DNA of 64,000 nucleotides from IMG/VR virus record IMGVR_UViG_3300032167_000048; one strand, written 5' to 3'. The notes under the pieces are model-generated. The model did no database searches. It worked only from the letters and a program-made list of their open reading frames with translations, and was not told the origin of the DNA. Source of the stretch: a virus. Taxonomy: Duplodnaviria > Caudoviricetes. Position numbers and translations under genes: made by a program. The stretch's first letter is position 1. Each line of letters opens with the position of its first letter. This document shows positions 9,000 to 18,481 of this stretch, piece by piece.

Positions 9000-11900
9000 A
9001 TGGGTAAAAAAATTTTTACAGATGAAAGTTTGGCTACGTTTGTAGACGAAACAAAATCATATGTAAATTCTGCTACGAATAAACTTAAAGACGATTTATT
9101 AAATGGAGCTGGAGAAGCATATGATACATTGAAGGAACTTGGTGATTTAATTAGCGAAAATACAGATGCAATTGATGCCCTTGAAATCGTTGCAACTGGC
9201 AAAGCAGATAAAGACCATGTTCATGATATTTATGAGACTAAAGAAAATGCTAAGATTAAATATGATGAGCTTAAAGCTATTCAACCAGATTGGAATCAGA
9301 ATGACGAAACAGCTTCCGATTATATTAAGAATAGAACACATTATGAAGAGGCTGATGTAAAAACTGTCGTTCTTGAAGAAACAATAGTTTATTGGGATGA
9401 CTTAAACTGGGGTTACCATATTGAAAAAGCGTTTACCCTTGAAGCAGATAAATTATATGAAGTAACTCTTAATGGTGAAATTTATGAATGTACATCAAGA
9501 GCAGATGGAGCACTTGGCGTTATTTTAGGTAATGGTTCTATGCCATTTAGGATAATGTGGAAAGCCTACGACCCTCATGTGACTGAAGTAACACATCTTC
9601 CAGAGAATAGTGGCGATTACACTTTTAAAATTTCTCGTATTGATAAAAAAGGCGGATTAAAGCTTATTGATGAAAAATTCATTCCAGATACTATTGCAAG
9701 AGTAGATTCAATTCCTCAGTCTGATTGGAATCAGAATGATGAGACATCTGTTGATTATATTAAGAATAAGCCATTCTGGAGCAAAATGGTTCAAAATACA
9801 ATAGTTTTATGCGATGTACAGAATGTAGATTGTGAAACCGCTAATGATTTTAGCGTTGTATTCTCGGATGCAAATGTTTCTCCTATTGTTGGTGCTACTT
9901 ATAATGTATCATTAAAAACATATCTTGATAATATAGATTGGGGAACACATTCGTGTGTATCATGGTTTCCAGAAAATGAACAAAACGGATATCTTGCGTA
10001 TATTGGTAATGGTAGTTTGTTTGGATATGACGGATATGGAGAAAGCGTTCCATTTCTTATAATTGTTTACTATAATGAAAGCAAAGGTAAGTATTACTGG
10101 AAAATAAGACTTGAAGTCGATGAGTCTATTGTTGCAAGACTTCCAATGAATGTAAAGATTGAAGAAGATTCGTCAATTGAACAAATTAAAAAACTTGACG
10201 AAAAATATATTCCAGATGCTATCGCAAGAATCGATTCAATTCCACAGTCTGATTGGAATCAGAATGATGAAACAGCTGTTGATTATATTAAGAATAGAAC
10301 GCATTATGAATCTACAAGTATTGTAAGAGGAGAAGAACTGTTTTCAGATAATAATATTAGTTTGTTATCTGATGGAGAGTATAACACATTAGATACTTAT
10401 ATAACAAATGATGTTGAACAATATGTGGAAGTTGTATGGGATGATGTTCCATATATGTGCGAAATAAAACAAAATGATGCTAAAAACGTATGCTTCGGTG
10501 ATTCTAATTTAACAGAATATCCATTTTATTATACTGAAGATGGAGCGTTTGATACAAAATTATATGCACGTACTGGAGACCATACAATTATAGTATATAA
10601 CTGTACAGTATCTGAGGTAATTAAGAAAATTGATAAGAAATTCTTACCAGACAGTGTTGGTGAAAATGTAGAGGGTCAGTCTTATGAGAATGTTGTAGTG
10701 GGATACGACCCAGACCCTTCAGTAGGCTTAGTTTATGCTGATAATATTGTTGCTGGAGAAGGTGCTGAAATTTTTAATGATTATTCTAATAATAGGGCTG
10801 TTGGTAAATTCTCTCACGCAGAGGGCGAAAACACACAAGCTAATGGGATGTCATCTCATGCAGAAGGTGGCAACACTATTACTGCTGGCGGATATACACA
10901 TGCAGAAGGCTGGAGTACTAAGGCGACCATGATGGCAGCTCATGCTGAAGGTCAGTTTTCTGTATCAACTGCTCAAGCTTCACATGCGGAAGGTTATAGA
11001 ACACTCGCATGGGGTATAGCTTCTCATGCAGAGGGATATGATGCAACAGCTGGCGGCCACTCTTCTCATGCAGAGGGCAATAATACAAAAGCTAACGGAA
11101 AATACTCCCATGCAGAAGGGGTTGGCACAACAGCTTCGGAACAAGCTTCTCATGCAGAGGGAAGTGAAACAACAGCTTCTGGAGAGGGTTCTCATGCCGA
11201 GGGAATATTAACTACTGCCTCTGGAGATGGTTCTCATGCAGAGGGCTTAGGTTCTATGGCATCAGGAAGCAACTCTCATGCGGAGGGAAGTACTACATAT
11301 GCAACAGGCGCAGCGTCTCATGCTGAAGGGAATAGCACATCTGCTTCAGGAATGTATTCTCATGCAGAAGGGCATGGTGCAAATGCAGTTGGAGCTGAGT
11401 CACACGCAGAGGGAAGCGATACTGTTGCAAATGGAAATGTGTCTCATGCTGAAGGTATGAACACAGAAGCTAACGGAAATATATCTCACGCTGAGGGATT
11501 CTACACTATTGCTTCTGGAGAAAATCAGCATGTTCAGGGAAAATTTAATATACCTGATGTAGACGAAGATGGTAATGCATTAAATAGATATGCTCATATT
11601 GTTGGTAATGGTGGAGATATTGACGAAGAATTAGGAGAATATAAACGTTCTAATGCTCACACTCTCGACTGGGATGGTAACGCTTGGTATCAAGGTGATG
11701 TTTATGTAGGTGGAACTTCTCAGGATGATGGAGTTAAATTAATTAAATCAACAGATATCTTGGAAGAAAAAGTTGGCAGTGATACATTAACATGGGACGG
11801 AGATACAACTGGTAAAGAACCAATGATTAGTAGTACTTTATATCTTATAACAGATAAAGTTCCAACTATTGATGATTTATCAAATGGCTTTGTTGAAACT

Positions 11901-12218
11901 TTAAGCGATGGAAGAACTTATGATACCATTTTATCACAATCAGACGAATGTATTACATTATATTCTGTAATCATAGCAATGAAAGACAATGCTTTAATTC
12001 CAAACAGCGCATCCGTATGTCCTAAAAAGGGTGTTTATTTTGGAAATGCTGGAGTGCACACGGCATCTCTTAAAATTAATGGATTTGCTTGGTCTACTGA
12101 TGTTAAGATTAAGGCTTCATACATTCCAGATGATTTAGAACTTATCACAGTAGATGACATTGATGCTATTTGTGGTGGCTCTATCGAATTTGCAAATATG
12201 AATGAGGGGGCGTTTTAA
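9000..12218 (+). CDS. Large tail-fibre/adhesin protein with YadA-head-like HAEG repeats
   Basis: Start set at 9000 from the gaaaggag RBS; 3 DWNQNDE modules; 17 HAEG repeats. Confidence 0.7.
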   Translation: MGKKIFTDESLATFVDETKSYVNSATNKLKDDLLNGAGEAYDTLKELGDLISENTDAIDALEIVATGKADKDHVHDIYETKENAKIKYDELKAIQPDWNQNDETASDYIKNRTHYEEADVKTVVLEETIVYWDDLNWGYHIEKAFTLEADKLYEVTLNGEIYECTSRADGALGVILGNGSMPFRIMWKAYDPHVTEVTHLPENSGDYTFKISRIDKKGGLKLIDEKFIPDTIARVDSIPQSDWNQNDETSVDYIKNKPFWSKMVQNTIVLCDVQNVDCETANDFSVVFSDANVSPIVGATYNVSLKTYLDNIDWGTHSCVSWFPENEQNGYLAYIGNGSLFGYDGYGESVPFLIIVYYNESKGKYYWKIRLEVDESIVARLPMNVKIEEDSSIEQIKKLDEKYIPDAIARIDSIPQSDWNQNDETAVDYIKNRTHYESTSIVRGEELFSDNNISLLSDGEYNTLDTYITNDVEQYVEVVWDDVPYMCEIKQNDAKNVCFGDSNLTEYPFYYTEDGAFDTKLYARTGDHTIIVYNCTVSEVIKKIDKKFLPDSVGENVEGQSYENVVVGYDPDPSVGLVYADNIVAGEGAEIFNDYSNNRAVGKFSHAEGENTQANGMSSHAEGGNTITAGGYTHAEGWSTKATMMAAHAEGQFSVSTAQASHAEGYRTLAWGIASHAEGYDATAGGHSSHAEGNNTKANGKYSHAEGVGTTASEQASHAEGSETTASGEGSHAEGILTTASGDGSHAEGLGSMASGSNSHAEGSTTYATGAASHAEGNSTSASGMYSHAEGHGANAVGAESHAEGSDTVANGNVSHAEGMNTEANGNISHAEGFYTIASGENQHVQGKFNIPDVDEDGNALNRYAHIVGNGGDIDEELGEYKRSNAHTLDWDGNAWYQGDVYVGGTSQDDGVKLIKSTDILEEKVGSDTLTWDGDTTGKEPMISSTLYLITDKVPTIDDLSNGFVETLSDGRTYDTILSQSDECITLYSVIIAMKDNALIPNSASVCPKKGVYFGNAGVHTASLKINGFAWSTDVKIKASYIPDDLELITVDDIDAICGGSIEFANMNEGAF
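10810..11520 (+). repeat. 17 x 42-bp (14-aa) HAEG coding repeats
   Basis: tctcatgcagaggg-like motif recurring every 42 bp. Confidence 0.85.
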
Positions 12219-12766
12219 TGAGTGATTTAGTAATTATTGAACGTCAGGACGTTGTTTCTATTGCAGACGCTGTTCGTAGTAAAACTGGTGAAACCAAAGA
12301 CCTTACTATTGGTGAAATGATTGATGGTATTAAGTCTTCTAGCGGAGCTTCTGTTAATTTGGATGAAGAAGTTGCAACTCAGAACAATCTTATTGCACAG
12401 ATTCAAACAGCTTTGGAAAACAAGGTTGTAGGTTCTAGTGGAACATCTGTTGACACTTGTACTGTAAATTTTTGGAACGATATAATATATGGTCAAACAC
12501 GATTAAAATTCATAGTTTCAACTCTAAATGGAGGTAAAGTATGCGTGTCTAATACTGGGGAAATTGATGGCTTGAATAGTACTTCTTTAGAAAATGTAAT
12601 TTGTGGAAGTTTAGCTATGGTTATTCCTATAAATAGTACTTTTGGTGCAAGTGAACATACGGTATATATTGGTTCAAATACTGAAACTCCTATCGCAACA
12701 ACATACCACTATTTTACTATACCAAACGAACCAAATACAGAAATCAATATTTCAGTTGGAATGTAA
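12218..12766 (+). CDS. Tail-module protein
   Basis: IADAVRSKTG N-terminal motif typical of tail-associated proteins. Confidence 0.55.
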   Translation: MSDLVIIERQDVVSIADAVRSKTGETKDLTIGEMIDGIKSSSGASVNLDEEVATQNNLIAQIQTALENKVVGSSGTSVDTCTVNFWNDIIYGQTRLKFIVSTLNGGKVCVSNTGEIDGLNSTSLENVICGSLAMVIPINSTFGASEHTVYIGSNTETPIATTYHYFTIPNEPNTEINISVGM

Positions 12767-12782
12767 TAAGGAGGGATAATTT

Positions 12783-13190
12783 ATGGATTATAAAGTAGAA
12801 TTACAAAATAATAATATTGACCTTGGTTCAATTCTTGAAGCCATAAACACACTTCCTGAGGGTTCTGGTTCTGGAAATAATTCATTTGTTTACGGCACAG
12901 TAACAACTTTATCAGATGATACTGCTGTTGTAGTTCCAGATGTTATTGGAAAAGATAATGTATTGCTAATATATTCAGATTTGTCAGACATTTCATCTAA
13001 TAGAGCTTGTGTTTGTAATGTTTGTATATATGATAATATTTGCGGCAATAGTATTGCATATCAAGGTGAAATCTTTACAACTTATGATGAGGGTTTCATA
13101 GAATATAATAAAAACACTGGAAGCATTGGATTAACATCTACATATAATGAAACATTTGCGGCTGGCAAATATGTATATGCAGCATGGTAA
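12783..13190 (+). CDS. Tail-module protein
   Basis: ORF with ggaggg RBS. Confidence 0.55.
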   Translation: MDYKVELQNNNIDLGSILEAINTLPEGSGSGNNSFVYGTVTTLSDDTAVVVPDVIGKDNVLLIYSDLSDISSNRACVCNVCIYDNICGNSIAYQGEIFTTYDEGFIEYNKNTGSIGLTSTYNETFAAGKYVYAAW

Positions 13191-13296
13191 AACAATAATA
13201 AACTGATAATAAAATAACACTTTTATAGGCTACTGGTTTAATAAATTAGTAGCCCTTTATTGTAAATCCTTATAAATATAAAAGGAGGAATAAAAA

Positions 13297-13521
13297 ATGG
13301 CAAATCAATCAATTTATAAAGCATTTGAAAGAATGTGGATGCATATTAATGCGAAAATTGGAAATAAGGCTGATGCAGAATCGGTTGCTTATATAGATAC
13401 ATATGATGGCTCTACTGATGTAGAGGCAGAGATGACTGTTTTAGAATTAAAGGAATATGTAGATAGTTCTATGCCTACATTTACATTAGATGGAACTACT
13501 TTGACAATAACAACAAAATAA
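13297..13521 (+). CDS. Small tail-module protein
   Basis: aggagg RBS. Confidence 0.55.
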   Translation: MANQSIYKAFERMWMHINAKIGNKADAESVAYIDTYDGSTDVEAEMTVLELKEYVDSSMPTFTLDGTTLTITTK

Positions 13522-13533
13522 GGAGGCGTTTTT

Positions 13534-13764
13534 ATGAGTTTAATTGTAAATGGTACTCAAGTAGACAATATTATTTATAATGGCGTTTCCTTAGACAAGG
13601 TTATATATAACGGAGTTGTTGTTTGGGAAAGTTTTTATTTAGAAGATTTTGAAATAAGCTCAAATGGTAATGGCACATATACAATTACCGATTGGAAAGG
13701 AACACTGAATGGCGAACCAAGTACCAAGCTTATTATTCCTGACGATAGCAGATTAGTATTATAG
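13534..13764 (+). CDS. Small tail-module protein
   Basis: aggagg RBS; IYNG...VW motif. Confidence 0.55.
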   Translation: MSLIVNGTQVDNIIYNGVSLDKVIYNGVVVWESFYLEDFEISSNGNGTYTITDWKGTLNGEPSTKLIIPDDSRLVL

Positions 13765-13779
13765 GGAGGGGTGATATAT

Positions 13780-15150
13780 ATGATTAATTTTAGAAATTAT
13801 CCTAATATTACAAATGTTATTATTCCAAATTCTATAAGTTTGTCAAGTGGTGATTTTAGTAACGCATTTAACAATATGACGAATTTAATTAGTGTTAATT
13901 TTAATCATCCTGATATAACTGATATGAGTTCTACATATTATAATTGCACTAATCTTACTGGTTCTCCAGTTTGTAGCAATGGTGTGACAAATATGAGTTA
14001 TGCATATTGTCGATGCGTTAATCTTACTGGTAATCCTGTATGCGGAAATAATGTAACAAATTTGGCTTATACATATCGTGACTGTTATGGTCTTACTGGC
14101 GCTCCTGTATGCGGAAATAATGTAACAAATTTGGCTTCTGCATATTATAATTGTTCTAAGCTTACTGGAGCTCCTTTATGTGGAAATAATGTAATAAATA
14201 TGGCTAATACGTATTATAATTGTTATGGTCTTACTGGGACTCCTGTATGCGGAAATAAAGTAACAAATATGTCTAGTACGTATGAAGATTGTAGTAAAAT
14301 AACTGGCATGCCAGTATGTGGAAATAATGTGCAAATAATGTTCAAAACATATTATGGCTGTGTAAGTCTTACTGGAAGTCCTGTATGTGGGAACAAGGTA
14401 ACAAATATGTATAGCACATATGAAGGTTGTCGTAAGCTTACTGGTAATCCTGTATGTGGAAATAGTGTGGTTAATATGATGTATGCGTATAAGGATTGCG
14501 AAAATATTACTGGAATTCCAGTATGTGGAAATAATGTAACAAATATGTATGGGGCGTATATAAACTGTCATAATCTTACTGGTTCTCCAGTATGTGGGGA
14601 TAAGATAACTAGTCTATCTTATACATATCATGGCTGCTATGGTCTTACTGGTAAGCCTGTATGCGGAAATAATGTAACGAATATGGCTTCTGCATATCGT
14701 AATTGCGATGGTCTTACTGGCTCTCCAGTATGCGGAGAAAAAGTGACTGACCTAGCTTATGCATATTGTAATTGTTATGGTCTTACTGGTAAGCCTGTAT
14801 GCGGCAACAATGTAAAAAGTTTAGCTTATGCATATTATGACTGCGATGGTCTTACTGGCGCTCCTGTATGCGGAAATAATGTAACAAATTTGGCTTATGC
14901 GTATTATAATTGTTCTAATTTAGTTGGTACAATGTATTGTTACAACAACAATATTACAAATGTAAAAAATTGCTTTTGGAATAAAAATAATAGTAAAAGA
15001 ATTATCATATATGCATATTATAATACAAAGACATGGAATGCTTTAACAACACAAAATGCTAATTCGTTATTTGGAGTTAGTGTTTCATTTGCGAGTAATT
15101 CTGTGTGTCATTATATTGCGAAACGTAATATCTATATACGTAGGTTATAA
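13780..15150 (+). CDS. Cys-rich 23-aa tandem-repeat protein (BspA/DUF285 LRR-like solenoid)
   Basis: 14 repeats of LTGxPVCGNNVTNxxxxYxxCxx. Confidence 0.7.
   Translation: MINFRNYPNITNVIIPNSISLSSGDFSNAFNNMTNLISVNFNHPDITDMSSTYYNCTNLTGSPVCSNGVTNMSYAYCRCVNLTGNPVCGNNVTNLAYTYRDCYGLTGAPVCGNNVTNLASAYYNCSKLTGAPLCGNNVINMANTYYNCYGLTGTPVCGNKVTNMSSTYEDCSKITGMPVCGNNVQIMFKTYYGCVSLTGSPVCGNKVTNMYSTYEGCRKLTGNPVCGNSVVNMMYAYKDCENITGIPVCGNNVTNMYGAYINCHNLTGSPVCGDKITSLSYTYHGCYGLTGKPVCGNNVTNMASAYRNCDGLTGSPVCGEKVTDLAYAYCNCYGLTGKPVCGNNVKSLAYAYYDCDGLTGAPVCGNNVTNLAYAYYNCSNLVGTMYCYNNNITNVKNCFWNKNNSKRIIIYAYYNTKTWNALTTQNANSLFGVSVSFASNSVCHYIAKRNIYIRRL
13954..14920 (+). repeat. 14 x 69-bp tandem coding repeats
   Basis: cttactgg...cctgtatgcggaaataatgtaac recurring every 69 bp. 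Confidence 0.9.
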
Positions 15151-15200
15151 TGCTGTTATAAAAACAATATGAATTCAATTTTATAAAAGGAGAAAATGAT

Positions 15201-16262
15201 ATGAAAAGATATAATAAAAAGATTGATGTAATTATTCCAGCTTACAATGTGTCAGACAACATTCTTTTTAGATGCTTATCATCTATTGCTTGTCAAGATA
15301 TTGTTGAAGATATTGAGGTTACGATTGTAGACGATGCGTCTACCAAACAAAATTATCATAAGGTTGCAAAAAATTTTGAATCTATTATGAAAGTTAATAT
15401 TTTGCGTTATGAAACAAATGGTGGTGCTGGTGTTGCTCGTCAATATGGACTTGACAACACATCGAATGGATATGTAACATTTATTGATGCTGATGATACT
15501 TTTAATGGAGCTTTCGCATTGAAAGCTCTTAAAAAAGGCATTGAAATGAACAACGGCTTATATCATATGTGTGTAGGCGTGTTTGATGAAATTCATGAAA
15601 CAGATGTAAATCCAATGGATGCGCCTATTTTAATGCCACATGAATATGATATGGTATGGATGTTTGGTAAGCTTTATAGACGAAGTTTAATAGATAAATA
15701 CAACATTCATTTTCATGAAACTTCTCGTGCAAATGAAGATAATGGTTTTAACACAATGATTCGTCTTTGTTTATCAGAACAAGAACAAATTAATTTCATA
15801 CCAGCCCATGTTTATTATTGGCATGAAAACTTAAATAGTATTACAAGAGCTAATGATTGTCAGTATAGTTATGGGAGTTCTGAACGTGATAGTTTTTATG
15901 GATATGTTGAAAATATGATATTTGCAATTAAAGAAGCTAGAAAACGTGCTCCATATAATGGAATGATTACAATGTTTGCCGTAGATTGCATGATTAATAT
16001 TTATCAGTATTACATTGAATGCTATGCTCGTGCAAACGAACATGCAGAAACAAACTTTAAATGGTGTCAAAGATATTATGATGAAATATATAAATATTTA
16101 GAAAATGATATTTCTGAAGAAATTTTTGCACAGCAATATAATAATGTTATAAGAAATGCTTATATGGGTGACAAGATGAACGGAATCATCCCTTGTATGA
16201 GCATTTTTGAATTTTTAGAAAAACTTAAAAATAGTACTGAGATTGAAACTCAGGATAAATAA
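15201..16262 (+). CDS. Glycosyltransferase family 2
   Basis: VIIPAYN, IVDDAST, GAGVARQYG, FIDADD and NED motifs. Confidence 0.9.
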   Translation: MKRYNKKIDVIIPAYNVSDNILFRCLSSIACQDIVEDIEVTIVDDASTKQNYHKVAKNFESIMKVNILRYETNGGAGVARQYGLDNTSNGYVTFIDADDTFNGAFALKALKKGIEMNNGLYHMCVGVFDEIHETDVNPMDAPILMPHEYDMVWMFGKLYRRSLIDKYNIHFHETSRANEDNGFNTMIRLCLSEQEQINFIPAHVYYWHENLNSITRANDCQYSYGSSERDSFYGYVENMIFAIKEARKRAPYNGMITMFAVDCMINIYQYYIECYARANEHAETNFKWCQRYYDEIYKYLENDISEEIFAQQYNNVIRNAYMGDKMNGIIPCMSIFEFLEKLKNSTEIETQDK

Positions 16263-16277
16263 AGGAGGAATTTGAAA

Positions 16278-16763
16278 ATGTCAACAGCAAATACAGGTTG
16301 GTTAAAAGATAACAATGGAGAAAAATTCGCTCCTAAAACTTTAAGTTCTCAGGTTATAACTGAGAGCGGAGAAACTTTAAATAGTGTACTTGATAATTTA
16401 GATGATGTAAATAAAATGGGCGACTTCATTGTTGAAGAAGCAACTAGTGGCGAATGGACTTTTAGAAGATGGAATAACGGATATTTAGAATGTTGGTGTA
16501 GCGAACAAGTTACTATAGCAGCTAATCCAACGGCATGGGGAAACTCTTATATAATTAAAGGTTCGGCAATTGACTATCCTTTTGAATTTGCCAGAAGACC
16601 AGCTCAATCAATTAGCCTTTACACTGCTGATGGTAGTTACTGGGTAATACCTAATTATAATACAACAACATCTACTGGTACATATTATTGTGCAAGACCT
16701 ACGACAATGTCAACCGCAGTAACTGGGGTTGTATCGTTTATAGTAAAAGGGTCATTAGTTTAG
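16278..16763 (+). CDS. Tail-fibre tip protein (gp53-like C-terminus)
   Basis: WTFRRWNNGYLECW and YPFEF motifs; N-terminus shared with 6726..8807. Confidence 0.6.
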   Translation: MSTANTGWLKDNNGEKFAPKTLSSQVITESGETLNSVLDNLDDVNKMGDFIVEEATSGEWTFRRWNNGYLECWCSEQVTIAANPTAWGNSYIIKGSAIDYPFEFARRPAQSISLYTADGSYWVIPNYNTTTSTGTYYCARPTTMSTAVTGVVSFIVKGSLV

Positions 16764-16783
16764 AATTATAATGGGGGTTTAAA

Positions 16784-17020
16784 ATGATTTCAATAGAATT
16801 ATTAAATAAATATAATATGGTTAGTTTGGACGAGTACAAAGAAATGTTCGGGGACACTATGGATACAGAAATAACATTCTACACCACCTTCTTAATTCAA
16901 ACAGACCACATACCAAATAAAATAATTGAAGCTCAGATTATGGGAAAAGAAATTGGTGATTATACCGAAATCTTGAATTGCAGAGAATATTGCAGAGAAA
17001 AAATTAATGAATTAAAATAA
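16784..17020 (+). CDS. Small tail-fibre chaperone-like protein
   Basis: LIQTD...R...REKINEL pattern. Confidence 0.5.
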   Translation: MISIELLNKYNMVSLDEYKEMFGDTMDTEITFYTTFLIQTDHIPNKIIEAQIMGKEIGDYTEILNCREYCREKINELK

Positions 17021-17028
17021 TAATTTTA

Positions 17029-17062
17029 AGTGGCAGTGTTGAAAAATACACTGCCATTTTTT
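17029..17062 (+). terminator. Intrinsic terminator
   Basis: tggcagtgt...acactgcca plus T run. Confidence 0.7.
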
Positions 17063-17100
17063 AGATAATGATTAATCATGAATGAAAGGATGGTGGTATT

Positions 17101-18465
17101 ATGGCAAGCGTAAGTTTATCTTCTAACTCTTATGATGGTCGTTATTATAAATTTACAGTAACTCAATCTGGGACATCTACTACCGTATCATGGAAGTTTG
17201 AAGTTTTAGGTGGAAGCGATAATTATTATACTGCGAGTCCAATTAATTGTACTATTAATGGACATAGCGTTTATTCTAAAGATACTATAACAGATTATAC
17301 AACTCATGCGTTTCCAGCGGCAAAAGGTTCTAAAGAAGGAACTTATAATATTGGTAGCTATGGCTCTTTTAAAGTTGTATTGTCTGGAAGACCGTATTAT
17401 CATACAGCAACTACGGAAGAAAAAACTCTTACACTTGAAAAACCGACATACACCATTTCATATAATGCAAACGGTAGCAATGTTTCTGGTGTACCATCAA
17501 ATCAAACGAAAACATATGGAACAGCATTAAAATTAGACACTAAAATTCCAACAAGAACTGGCTACACTTTTAGCAAATGGAATACAAAAGAAGACGGTAG
17601 TGGTACTAGTTATAATGCTGGCGCTAATTATACAGCTAATAGCGCTGTTGCGTTATATGCTATTTGGACAGAAAATATATTTACTGTAAATTACTATAGT
17701 AACTATGCTACTTATGGTGCTTATCAGGGAAGTGCATTAAATGTAACTTCGAATACAAATATTAAGGTTGCGGAAAATCAATTTTTATACGATGATTCAT
17801 ATACAAACGGATTATCTAATGTTCAGAATACATCGTACTTGTATCTATCAAGAATTGGTTATACTCCTACTGGATATTGGGGCACTTCTACAAGCGGTGG
17901 AACTTTAGTAAACGAAGCTACATCATATACTGGCGAGTCACTTGCTAAAGCGTTTGGAAAAACCATTGCAAATGGTAATGATTCTATTAATGTATATCCT
18001 CAATGGAACAAAAATGTATATAAGTTTAACTATGATTCTAATGGTGGTAGCGGATATATAAGCCAGCAATCTGTAGAATGGTTATCCACTTTTACTTTAT
18101 CGGATAATGTCTTTAAGCGTGAGGGTTATAAGTTTGTTGGATGGCACGCTCGCAGAGATAAAGATATGACTTGGTATGTACCAAATGTTGGATGGCTGAC
18201 CGATGATGAAATTATAGCAAATGGCTATACAAAAAGATTATATGAAAATCATGTAGAGCTTATATTTGGAGATTCTTGGGTTAGCGGTGATGAATATTCA
18301 ATAAGTGAATATACTATGTTTGCGGTTTGGGAAATATCAGGTGTTGTTTATATAGATAACGGAACTTCATTTGAGCCATATCTTGCATACATAGATAATG
18401 GAACTGATTGGGAGTTATATCTTATGTATGTAGATGATGGTGAAAATTGGAATATTATAAGTTAA
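17101..18465 (+). CDS. InlB B-repeat (Flg_new)-containing tail-associated protein
   Basis: YNANG...PTRTGYTFSKWNT...LYAIW repeats. Confidence 0.75.
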   Translation: MASVSLSSNSYDGRYYKFTVTQSGTSTTVSWKFEVLGGSDNYYTASPINCTINGHSVYSKDTITDYTTHAFPAAKGSKEGTYNIGSYGSFKVVLSGRPYYHTATTEEKTLTLEKPTYTISYNANGSNVSGVPSNQTKTYGTALKLDTKIPTRTGYTFSKWNTKEDGSGTSYNAGANYTANSAVALYAIWTENIFTVNYYSNYATYGAYQGSALNVTSNTNIKVAENQFLYDDSYTNGLSNVQNTSYLYLSRIGYTPTGYWGTSTSGGTLVNEATSYTGESLAKAFGKTIANGNDSINVYPQWNKNVYKFNYDSNGGSGYISQQSVEWLSTFTLSDNVFKREGYKFVGWHARRDKDMTWYVPNVGWLTDDEIIANGYTKRLYENHVELIFGDSWVSGDEYSISEYTMFAVWEISGVVYIDNGTSFEPYLAYIDNGTDWELYLMYVDDGENWNIIS

Positions 18466-18481
18466 ATTGGAGGTGGATATA

